A stretch of DNA of 64,000 nucleotides from an uncultured Flavobacteriales bacterium (GTDB taxonomy: Bacteria > Bacteroidota > Bacteroidia > Flavobacteriales_E > Vicingaceae). Position 1 is the first letter of the stretch, and every line of letters begins with the position of its first letter. The translations under genes and the position numbers were made by a program. The stretch lies in NCBI GenBank assembly GCA_937901255.1, contig CALCHN010000044.1, forward strand, positions 6,102 to 70,101, given 5' to 3'. A model generated the notes under the pieces. The model was not told the DNA's origin and did no database searches. It worked only from the letters and a program-made list of their open reading frames with translations. Of this stretch, positions 29,967-38,056 are shown in pieces.

Positions 29967-30885
29967 CAGAAGAACCTTTATAAAACAATCTTTTTTAGGT
30001 GGCGTTTCTTTGCTTGGGGCTGCAGCATTAAATCCGCTTTCGGCTGCTATTCTTAAAAAAAATCATACAAAAATTACTATTTTACATACCAACGATGTGC
30101 ATAGTCACATAGAACCATTTCCGAGTAATGATCCTAAATATCCTAATATGGGAGGAGCTGCTAAACGAGCTGCTTTGATAGATAAAATCAGAACGGAAGA
30201 AAAAAATGTGTTGTTGTTAGATGCCGGAGATATTTTTCAGGGAACACCTTACTTTAATATGTATGGCGGAGAGTTAGAGTTTAAACTAATGAGTTTAATG
30301 AAATATGATGCAGCTACAATTGGCAACCATGATTTTGATAATGGTATTGAAGGCTTAAATAAAATGCTACCTCATGCTAATTTTCCTTTTGTAAATGCAA
30401 ATTATGATTTTACAAATACCATATTAAATGGAAAAATTGCTCCTTATAAAATAATAGAAAAAGATAAGGTGAAAATTGGCATTTTTGGAGTTGGAGTGGA
30501 GTTAGCTGGTTTGGTAGATAAAAAATTATATGCCGAAACACACTATAATAATCCGATAATTGCTGCCAATAAAACGGCAGAACACTTAAAATATAACGAA
30601 AAATGCCACTTAATTATATGCTTGTCGCATTTGGGATATGCATACAAAAGCAATAAAGTTTCTGACAATATATTGGCTAAAGAAACAAAAAATATTGACC
30701 TAATAACTGGAGGTCATACACATACATTTTTAGAAGAACCAACTAAGGTTAAAAACAAAGCCAATAAAGTTACTTTAATTAACCAAGTTGGCTGGGCAGG
30801 ACTATATTTAGGTAGGATAGACTTTTATATCAACCCCTTAGATAAAGCCTTTACCTCAATTAATGATAAAATAAGCGTTATCTAA
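29959..30885 (+). CDS. Calcineurin-like metallophosphoesterase (5'-nucleotidase N-terminal catalytic domain) with a Tat signal
   Basis: Twin-arginine signal SNRRTFIKQSFLGG. Metal-binding motifs HTNDVHS, DAGD, GNHDF and GGHTH. It overlaps the preceding gene by 8 nt. Confidence 0.85.
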   Translation: MSNRRTFIKQSFLGGVSLLGAAALNPLSAAILKKNHTKITILHTNDVHSHIEPFPSNDPKYPNMGGAAKRAALIDKIRTEEKNVLLLDAGDIFQGTPYFNMYGGELEFKLMSLMKYDAATIGNHDFDNGIEGLNKMLPHANFPFVNANYDFTNTILNGKIAPYKIIEKDKVKIGIFGVGVELAGLVDKKLYAETHYNNPIIAANKTAEHLKYNEKCHLIICLSHLGYAYKSNKVSDNILAKETKNIDLITGGHTHTFLEEPTKVKNKANKVTLINQVGWAGLYLGRIDFYINPLDKAFTSINDKISVI

Positions 30886-31120
30886 ATAAAAAAAAGATAA
30901 AAAACAATAGATAAAAATTTTTTTTTTCATTTTTTTATTCAAATATTTGTTAGCACAAAAGAGAGGTGGTTTTTAGTTTTAAAAATCATTGATTTTAAAC
31001 AGCTTATTAAAATTATTTTAGTTAATTTAGACAGCCGTTTCACAGCAGTATTAAAAGAGTTTTGACTCTTAGTAAATTAGAGAGAAATTAGTAAAAACAT
31101 AAAAATAGGAGTTATTAAAA

Positions 31121-32554
31121 ATGGATAAAAACTTTACTTCAGTATGGGAAAATTGCCTTCAGGTAATAAAAGACAATGTTAGCTTACAGAGTTACAAAAC
31201 TTGGTTTGAACCCATTGTTCCTGTTAAACTGAAAGACAAAGTACTTACCATTCAGGTGCCTAGTCAGTTTTTTTACGAATGGTTGGAAGAGCATTACGTT
31301 TCTATCTTAAAGAAAACCATTAAAAAAGAATTAGGTGCTGAAGGTAGGTTAGAGTATAGCATCGTAATAGAAAACAACAGCAAAACTAATAATCCATATA
31401 CCTTAAAAATTCCTGCTACCAATAAACCGCATATTAAAAACAATCCGGTAAATATGCCTATAGATTTAAATAAAAATAAATCTATCAGAAATCCATTTAT
31501 CATTCCCGGAATTGCTCATTTAAATGTAGAATCTCAATTAAACCCAAATTATTCTTTCGATAATTTTGTTGAAGGAGATTGCAACAGGTTAGCACGTTCT
31601 GCCGGTTTTGCAGTTTCTAACAATCCTGGAGGAACTTCTTTTAACCCATTATTAGTATATGGTGGAGTAGGTTTAGGAAAAACCCACTTGGCTCACGCTA
31701 TTGGTATTGAAGTAAAAAATAAATTTCCAAATAAAATTGTATTGTATGTTTCTTCGGAGAAATTTACTCAACAATTTATTGATGCAGTAAAAAATAACGA
31801 ACAAAACGATTTTATTCATTTCTATCAAATGATAGATGTGTTAATTATTGATGATGTTCAATTTTTTGCAGGAAAAGCTAAAACACAAGATGTTTTCTTC
31901 CACATATTTAACCATTTACACCAATCAGGAAAACAAATAATTCTTACAGCTGATAAAGCTCCAGTAGAAATTATTGGTATGGAACAGCGATTATTATCTC
32001 GTTTTAAATGGGGCTTAGCTGCTGATTTACAATCGCCTGATTTGGAAACTAGAATAGCTATTTTAGAAAAGAAAATGTATAGCGAAGGGTTAGAATTACC
32101 TAAAGATGTTGTTGAATACATTGCTTACAGTATTACTACCAATGTTAGAGAACTAGAAGGAGCCTTAATTTCTATTTTAGCTCAATCTTCTCTAAACAAA
32201 AAAGCGGTAACTATTGATTTGGCTAGACAAATGGTGGATAAGTTTGTTAAGAATACAGCCAGAGAAGTTTCTATAGATTATATCCAGAAAGTAGTTTGCG
32301 ATTATTTTGATATGCCTATTGAAACCTTAAAATCTAAAACTAGAAAAAGAGAAGTAGTACAAGCTCGTCAAATAGCCATGTATTTCTCTAAACAAATGAC
32401 AAAATCTAGCTTGGCTTCTATTGGTATGCATTGCGGAGGAAAAGACCACGCAACAGTATTACATGCTTGCAAAACAGTTAATAACCTTATGGATACCGAT
32501 AAACGTTTTAGAGGTTATATAGAGGAATTGAAAAAGAAAATTAGTTTACAATAA
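31121..32554 (+). CDS. dnaA: Chromosomal replication initiator protein DnaA
   Basis: AAA+ Walker A GGVGLGKTHL, Walker B IIDDVQF and the C-terminal DNA-binding domain (RQIAMYF...GGKDHATVLHA). Confidence 0.97.
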   Translation: MDKNFTSVWENCLQVIKDNVSLQSYKTWFEPIVPVKLKDKVLTIQVPSQFFYEWLEEHYVSILKKTIKKELGAEGRLEYSIVIENNSKTNNPYTLKIPATNKPHIKNNPVNMPIDLNKNKSIRNPFIIPGIAHLNVESQLNPNYSFDNFVEGDCNRLARSAGFAVSNNPGGTSFNPLLVYGGVGLGKTHLAHAIGIEVKNKFPNKIVLYVSSEKFTQQFIDAVKNNEQNDFIHFYQMIDVLIIDDVQFFAGKAKTQDVFFHIFNHLHQSGKQIILTADKAPVEIIGMEQRLLSRFKWGLAADLQSPDLETRIAILEKKMYSEGLELPKDVVEYIAYSITTNVRELEGALISILAQSSLNKKAVTIDLARQMVDKFVKNTAREVSIDYIQKVVCDYFDMPIETLKSKTRKREVVQARQIAMYFSKQMTKSSLASIGMHCGGKDHATVLHACKTVNNLMDTDKRFRGYIEELKKKISLQ

Positions 32555-32580
32555 TATAAACTTAAAATTTGCACTAACTA

Positions 32581-32617
32581 AACAGGAATTTCTTAACTAA
32601 GAGATTCCTGTTTTTTT
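32581..32617 (+). terminator. Rho-independent terminator of dnaA
   Basis: Stem AACAGGAAT (32581-32589) pairs with ATTCCTGTT (32604-32612), with extra inner pairs. A T7 run follows. Confidence 0.75.
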
Positions 32618-32630
32618 GTTTTAAAAACCT

Positions 32631-32762
32631 ATGTTTAACAGATTTGACAAACCATCTTCAATTTATAAACCAATGAGCAAAAAAGCTCAAAAGGTTTTGT
32701 TTTACATTGTTATTGCACTTTTTATTTTTATTGTGGCTTATCTATTTTCATTTTACATTTAA
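32631..32762 (+). CDS. Possible 43-aa single-TM micro-protein
   Basis: Manual translation gives MFNRFDKPSSIYKPMSKKAQKVLFYIVIALFIFIVAYLFSFYI*. It is below the ORF-track size cutoff and has no other support. Confidence 0.25.
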   Translation: MFNRFDKPSSIYKPMSKKAQKVLFYIVIALFIFIVAYLFSFYI

Positions 32763-32791
32763 TTATTTCGTCAACTTCAATTTAACTTAGC

Positions 32792-32799
32792 TAATTTTG
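32792..32799 (+). promoter_or_regulatory. Candidate -7 promoter box (TAnnTTTG)
   Basis: TAATTTTG ends only 9 nt before the ATG at 32808. Confidence 0.3.
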
Positions 32800-32807
32800 C
32801 TTCATTA

Positions 32808-33881
32808 ATGAAATCAATCAATCATATACTTAGCAAAAAAGATAAGCCCATTATTATTAGTGGACCTTGTAGTGCCGAATCTGAAGAACAGTTAATGGAA
32901 ACAGCTAAGGCTTTAAAGGCACTTAATAAAGTTGATGTGCTAAGGGCAGGAATATGGAAACCCCGAACAAAACCCGGTAGTTTTGAGGGCGTTGGTTTAG
33001 AAGCCTTAAAGTGGTTACAAAAAGCAAAGAAAGCAACAGGCTTAAAAACTGCTACAGAAGTAGCCAATACACAACATGTTGAAGAAGCGTTGAAATATGA
33101 TGTTGATGTATTGTGGATAGGAGCTAGAACTACTGTTAATCCTTTTGTGGTTCAAGAAATTGCAGACGCATTACACGGAACAGATGCAACGGTTTTAATA
33201 AAAAATCCAATAAATCCAGATTTACAACTTTGGGAAGGAGCAATAGAACGTTTTGCAAAAGTAGGTATTACTAAAATTGGAGCTATCCACAGAGGATTCT
33301 CAAAATATGGCGATTCGTATTATAGAAATCCACCTCAGTGGCAAATTCCTATTGAGTTAATGCAGCATTACCCAGATTTAACTATGATTTGCGACCCCAG
33401 TCATATCTGCGGTAAGCGTGATAATCTGTTTGCTGTTGCTCAAAAAGCAATGGATTTAGATTTTGATGGACTAATGATTGAAGCTCATCTTGATCCGGAC
33501 AATGCGTTAAGTGATGCTTTACAACAAATAACACCTCAAACACTTGAGAAGTTTATTAGCCAGTTGGTAGTTAGAAAAACAAAATTAAACCCAACACTCA
33601 CAACAGAACTTGATAAAATAAGAAGAAGCATTAATGTGCTTGATGGCGAATTATTAGATGTACTTTCAAAAAGAATGGAACTGATTAATGAGTTGGCTCA
33701 GTATAAAAAAGAAAATAATATTCAGATTTTACAACCTAAGCGTTGGGAAGAAATTTTGTTAAAAGCACTAGAAGAAGCTAAAGAAAAAGGATTGAGCGAA
33801 AGATTTATTAGAAATTTATTTACAGAAATTCATATTGAATCTATTAAGCTTCAGAGTAATATAATGAACGAAGAAAACTAA
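32808..33881 (+). CDS. Bifunctional 3-deoxy-7-phosphoheptulonate synthase / chorismate mutase type II
   Basis: The N-terminal KDO8P/DAHPS-I-beta-like barrel has SGPCSAES and DPSH motifs. The C-terminal roughly 90 aa form a helical CM domain (IDGELLDVLSKRMELINELAQYK). Confidence 0.9.
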   Translation: MKSINHILSKKDKPIIISGPCSAESEEQLMETAKALKALNKVDVLRAGIWKPRTKPGSFEGVGLEALKWLQKAKKATGLKTATEVANTQHVEEALKYDVDVLWIGARTTVNPFVVQEIADALHGTDATVLIKNPINPDLQLWEGAIERFAKVGITKIGAIHRGFSKYGDSYYRNPPQWQIPIELMQHYPDLTMICDPSHICGKRDNLFAVAQKAMDLDFDGLMIEAHLDPDNALSDALQQITPQTLEKFISQLVVRKTKLNPTLTTELDKIRRSINVLDGELLDVLSKRMELINELAQYKKENNIQILQPKRWEEILLKALEEAKEKGLSERFIRNLFTEIHIESIKLQSNIMNEEN

Positions 33882-33892
33882 AAAGTAAGAGG

Positions 33893-34360
33893 ATGCAAAA
33901 AGTATTATTTGTTTGTTTGGGAAATATTTGTAGGTCGGCAATGGCACAAGGAATTTTAGAAGCTAAAGCCAAACAATATGGATTAAATTTATTGGTAGAT
34001 TCTGCCGGAACATCCGATTATCATATTGGAGAAGCACCTGATGAAAGAATGCAAGCCAAAGCATTAGAGTATGATGTAGATATTTCTCAGCAACAAGCTA
34101 GGCAGTTTATCTATAATGATTTTCAGGAGTTTGATTATGTTTTTGCGATGGATAGCTCTAACTACAATAATATTTTAACCCTAGCAAAAACCTATGCAGA
34201 TAAACAAAAAGTAACCCTATTTTTAAATTTAGTTTATCCAAACGAAAATAGAAATGTACCAGATCCTTATTATGGAGGAGAGGCAGGCTTTGAAGAAGTT
34301 TATCAATTATTAGATAATGCTTGTGAGGTATTTATAAAACAAATTAATAATGAACAATAA
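33893..34360 (+). CDS. Low-molecular-weight protein-tyrosine phosphatase
   Basis: P-loop VCLGNICRS and the DPYY motif near the C-terminus. Confidence 0.9.
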   Translation: MQKVLFVCLGNICRSAMAQGILEAKAKQYGLNLLVDSAGTSDYHIGEAPDERMQAKALEYDVDISQQQARQFIYNDFQEFDYVFAMDSSNYNNILTLAKTYADKQKVTLFLNLVYPNENRNVPDPYYGGEAGFEEVYQLLDNACEVFIKQINNEQ

Positions 34361-35057
34361 AGGAACACTATACTTAATACCAACCACATTGGGAGAATCT
34401 GCTTACGATCAGGTTATTCCATCGTTTAACAATGCTATTTTACAAGAAATAGATGTTTTTATTGTAGAAAATATTAAAACTGCTAGAAGGTTTATTAAAA
34501 AAACGGCACCTGAGAAAGTAATAGATGATTTAGTTTTTCACGAAATAAATAAAAGAACCAATTTAGATATGTTGCCCACTTTTCTGAAATCAATAGATGA
34601 AGGAAAAAATATTGGTGTTATATCCGATGCTGGTTGTCCTGGTGTTGCCGACCCCGGAGCAGATGTTGTGGCTTTAGCTCATCAAAAAAACATAAAAGTA
34701 ATGCCGTTAGTTGGACCTTCGTCAATTTTATTATCGTTAATGGCAAGTGGTTTTAACGGACAAAGTTTTTGTTTTAATGGTTATTTACCTAAAGAACAAA
34801 AAGACAGGGTAAGAAAATTGAAAGATCTAGAAAGAATTGCTATTGCTCAAAAGCAAACGCAGCTTTTTATCGAAACGCCTTACAGAAATCAACACGTATT
34901 AACCGATTTATTAGCCAACTGCAATCCAAATACAAAATTGTGTATAGCGGTAGATATAACAATGGCTTCGGAGCAAATTGCTACCAAAACCATTGCAGAA
35001 TGGAAAAATACCACTATTGATTTGAATAAAAGACCGTGTATCTTTTTATTAGGGTAA
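34350..35057 (+). CDS. SAM-dependent methyltransferase of the tetrapyrrole-methylase (RsmI-like) superfamily
   Basis: Motifs LYLIPTTLG and SDAGCPGVADPG. It overlaps the preceding gene by 11 nt. Confidence 0.8.
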   Translation: MNNKGTLYLIPTTLGESAYDQVIPSFNNAILQEIDVFIVENIKTARRFIKKTAPEKVIDDLVFHEINKRTNLDMLPTFLKSIDEGKNIGVISDAGCPGVADPGADVVALAHQKNIKVMPLVGPSSILLSLMASGFNGQSFCFNGYLPKEQKDRVRKLKDLERIAIAQKQTQLFIETPYRNQHVLTDLLANCNPNTKLCIAVDITMASEQIATKTIAEWKNTTIDLNKRPCIFLLG

Positions 35058-35072
35058 TTATAGAAATTAGAG

Positions 35073-35114
35073 ATCCCGAAAAATGTTTTTGTGAAAAACT
35101 AATTTTTCGAGGAT
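35073..35114. terminator. Long AT-rich hairpin in a convergent intergenic region (non-canonical terminator candidate)
   Basis: ATCCCGAAAAAT pairs with ATTTTTCGAGGAT (12 bp, one bulge). An inner stem GTTTTT/AAAAAC is also present. No clean U-run follows. Confidence 0.4.
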
Positions 35115-35117
35115 GCT

Positions 35118-35153
35118 CGTAAAAATAAAGAATTAACAATTCTTGTTTTTACG
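35118..35153. terminator. Second long hairpin in the same convergent gap
   Basis: CGTAAAAATAAAGAATT pairs with AATTCTTGTTTTTACG, about 16 bp with one bulge and one G-U pair. Confidence 0.45.
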
Positions 35154-35166
35154 GCATTAGAAATTA

Positions 35167-35206
35167 ACCTCATAACCTTTTAACCTCATAACCTCATAAC
35201 CTAACT
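35167..35206. repeat. Five tandem 8-bp units (ACCTCATA family)
   Basis: Units are ACCTCATA, ACCTTTTA, ACCTCATA, ACCTCATA and ACCTAACT. The last unit runs into the fhs stop codon (35205-35207). Confidence 0.6.
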
Positions 35207-36881
35207 AAGATAGTCCACTAATTTTACCGTCATTATCAATAAACATTCCTTCAGATGCTGGAACAACTGGTAATCCCGGCATACGCATCATGTTACCTAA
35301 AATAGGAATAACAAAACCTGCTCCTGAAGCAAATTCAAATTCTCTAACGCTAATGGTAAATCCTGTTGGTCTGCCAATTAAACTCTCATTATCCGAAAAA
35401 GATTTTTGAGTTTTAGCCATACATACTGGAAGTTCATTCATGCCTAAGCTTTCAATTTTTTTCAAATCGGTTAGGGCTTTTTTAGAATATTCAACACCAT
35501 CAGCACCATAAATGTTTTTGGCAATAATTTCAATTTTTTCTTTAATAGGAAGTTTCCAATCGTAAAGTGGCTTAAAGTTATTTTTACCGCTTTCAATTTC
35601 TGTTACAACAGCTTGTGCCAGATTTGTCATACCATCACCACCTTTAGCAAAACCTTCAGCAACAATAGCTTTTACACCTAAATCGGCACATCTATCCTGA
35701 ATAAGTTTAACTTCCTCAGCACTATCAGAAGGGAAAGCATTAATAGCAACTACAGGATTTAATCCGAATTTTTTACAGTTTTCTATGTGTTTTTCAAGGT
35801 TAGCAAAACCATTGCTCACTCTTTCAACATTAGCATCGTTATATTGTTCTTTGGTAGCTCCTCCGTGGTGACGTAAAGCTCTTATGGTTGCCACCAACAC
35901 TAGTGCTTTAGGTTTTAATCCACCAGAAACACATTTTATGTCTAAGAATTTTTCAGCACCTAAATCAGCACCAAAACCAGCTTCTGTAACTACATAATCC
36001 GATAAAGATAATCCCATTTTTGTTGCTAAAATAGTGTTCGTACCTTGAGCAATATTAGCAAATGGACCACCATGTATAATAGCAGGATTTCCCTCTAATG
36101 TTTGAACTAAGTTAGGCTTAATAGCATCTTTAAGTAAGATAGCCATTGCATTTTCTGCCTTTAAATCTCTTGCATAAACAGGTTTTTTATCGAAAGTAAA
36201 TCCAACAAAAATATTTCCTAGCTTATTTTTTAAGTCTTCAAAGTTTTCAGACATACATAAAATTGCCATTACTTCTGAAGCAGGCGTAATATTAAAACCA
36301 TCTTGTCTGGGAATACCGTTTCCTGTACCACCTAAACCAATAACAATTTCTCTTAAAGCCCTGTCATTCATGTCCATTACTCTTTTCCAAACAATAGTTC
36401 TAGGGTCTATATTTAAATTATTGGTTTTATTTTGAATATTGTTATCTATTAAAGCTGACAAAAGGTTATTGGCTTTTTCTATAGCAGAAAAATCTCCTGT
36501 AAAATGCAGGTTGATATCTTCCATAGGAACTACTTGAGCATAACCGCCACCAGCAGCACCACCTTTAATTCCGAAAACAGGACCTAAAGAAGGCTCTCTT
36601 AAAACTACAGTGGTTTTCTTTCCAATTTTATTAAGTCCTTCAGTTAAACCTATAGAAGTAGTAGTTTTTCCTTCTCCGGCAGGAGTAGGAGTAAGAGCTG
36701 TAACTAAAATTAAATTGCTTTTATCAATATTTTCCTGACGAATAAGGCTTAATGGAAGTTTAGCCTTATATTTTCCATACATTTCAATGTCATCTTCATT
36801 TATATTTAAGTAAGAAGATATTGCTGTAATGTGTTTTAGCTTAGTGTTTTGTGCTATTTCAATGTCAGAAGGAAATCCCAT
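35205..36881 (-). CDS. fhs: Formate--tetrahydrofolate ligase
   Basis: Motifs TPTPAGEGKTTT and GPVFGIKGGAAGGGY. 558 aa, full-length family pattern. Confidence 0.97.
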   Translation of the reverse strand: MGFPSDIEIAQNTKLKHITAISSYLNINEDDIEMYGKYKAKLPLSLIRQENIDKSNLILVTALTPTPAGEGKTTTSIGLTEGLNKIGKKTTVVLREPSLGPVFGIKGGAAGGGYAQVVPMEDINLHFTGDFSAIEKANNLLSALIDNNIQNKTNNLNIDPRTIVWKRVMDMNDRALREIVIGLGGTGNGIPRQDGFNITPASEVMAILCMSENFEDLKNKLGNIFVGFTFDKKPVYARDLKAENAMAILLKDAIKPNLVQTLEGNPAIIHGGPFANIAQGTNTILATKMGLSLSDYVVTEAGFGADLGAEKFLDIKCVSGGLKPKALVLVATIRALRHHGGATKEQYNDANVERVSNGFANLEKHIENCKKFGLNPVVAINAFPSDSAEEVKLIQDRCADLGVKAIVAEGFAKGGDGMTNLAQAVVTEIESGKNNFKPLYDWKLPIKEKIEIIAKNIYGADGVEYSKKALTDLKKIESLGMNELPVCMAKTQKSFSDNESLIGRPTGFTISVREFEFASGAGFVIPILGNMMRMPGLPVVPASEGMFIDNDGKISGLS

Positions 36882-36969
36882 ATTTTTATATTTTTAAGTT
36901 TAAAAGTTAAAAATAGGAAAATTTTAATCAGCTACAAATATTTGCTTGCTGAACTTTGTAAGATAACTA

Positions 36970-37001
36970 GTCTTTCTTTTGTCTTGATACAAAAGAAAGA
37001 C
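36970..37001. other. Perfect 13-bp inverted repeat with a 6-nt loop in a divergent intergenic region
   Basis: GTCTTTCTTTTGT-CTTGAT-ACAAAAGAAAGAC. No flanking U-run on either strand. Confidence 0.3.
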
Positions 37002-37190
37002 AAAGGTCGGTAGAGTGTACAATTAACAAATAACGTTTTATTCTTAATGTAGATTTAATCTTAGAAAAACTTATTGTTTAGTGTGGAAATTTTTTAAATT
37101 TGAAGAAGAATTAACAATAAATATAATTGTCTAAATAAGAATATGTTATAAAAAGAACAAGAAATGTGTAGTTAGAAACTAACAATTATT

Positions 37191-37991
37191 ATGAAACAAA
37201 TTTTAACGATATTAATTATCCTTTTCAGCTTGAGTTATAGTTCAAAAGCTCAGGATTATTCTAATATAAAAAAATCAATTGAATTTAGCGATAGTCTTAA
37301 AAGGGCAAAGACGTTCAAAAAAATACATAAAGCATTATTAGATCCAAAGAAAGTTATTTCACTCAAGATAAATATTGGAACGGACACGATAGATTACAAA
37401 AAGTTTATTGCTAACATAGAAAAATTTATAAATTTAAGGAAAGTGGTTATTGACAATTTCTTTGGATATCAATTAAATTTACCTGAAAGTTTTTGGAAAT
37501 TAAAAAAACTTGAATTTGTTTCATTACACAATTTAACTATCGAAGGATTTAGTGATTTAGAGAAGTTATCAGAACTAAAATACTTGTCTTTAATGGGGAG
37601 TAGATTAAATACAATTCCAAATGAAATATACAGTCTCGGTAATTTAGAATATCTTGATTTAACCTTAAACTTTTTAAATAGAATTCCTGAACAAATTTCT
37701 GCTTTAACAAAACTAAGAGAGTTAGATCTTACAAATAATTGTTTCACTCAAATTCCATCTTCCGTAATTAAATTATCACAATTAGAATATCTTGATTTTA
37801 ATAATGCTGAAACTGCTAGAAAATTTGTTGATGGTACTGATTTTTGTTTTAACACATTAACAACAATTCCTGATGTTAAGCAGATGGATTCAATCAAGAA
37901 AATCAATCTATACAAGGTGAAAATTAATTCTAAAATTAAAGAAGATATTGAAAATTTGAATAATAAGAAGGTATTCGTAAATTATAAATAA
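37191..37991 (+). CDS. Secreted leucine-rich-repeat protein
   Basis: Signal peptide. About 6 LRR units of the LxxLxLxxNxLxxIP type (for example LEYLDLTLNFLNRIPEQI and LRELDLTNNCFTQIPSSV). Confidence 0.8.
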   Translation: MKQILTILIILFSLSYSSKAQDYSNIKKSIEFSDSLKRAKTFKKIHKALLDPKKVISLKINIGTDTIDYKKFIANIEKFINLRKVVIDNFFGYQLNLPESFWKLKKLEFVSLHNLTIEGFSDLEKLSELKYLSLMGSRLNTIPNEIYSLGNLEYLDLTLNFLNRIPEQISALTKLRELDLTNNCFTQIPSSVIKLSQLEYLDFNNAETARKFVDGTDFCFNTLTTIPDVKQMDSIKKINLYKVKINSKIKEDIENLNNKKVFVNYK

Positions 37992-38056
37992 TAGCCGCAA
38001 TATTTATTCATGTGGTTGAAATAAGAAGTAACTATAAATAAAAGTAAAAGTAATTC

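Noticed and set aside
30881-30940. Tiny minus-strand ORF (MKKKIFIYCF...) in the poly-A/T tract upstream of dnaA.
   Set aside because: It arises from homopolymer runs, overlaps the preceding gene's end and has no supporting signals.
36882-37190. Looked for a ZTP (pfl-motif) riboswitch or a tRNA or other RNA gene in the 309-bp fhs upstream gap.
   Set aside because: There is no CCGCCTGGGC-like 3' subdomain and no GGTTCGAATCC-type T-arm or cloverleaf. Only the 13-bp hairpin, reported separately, is present.
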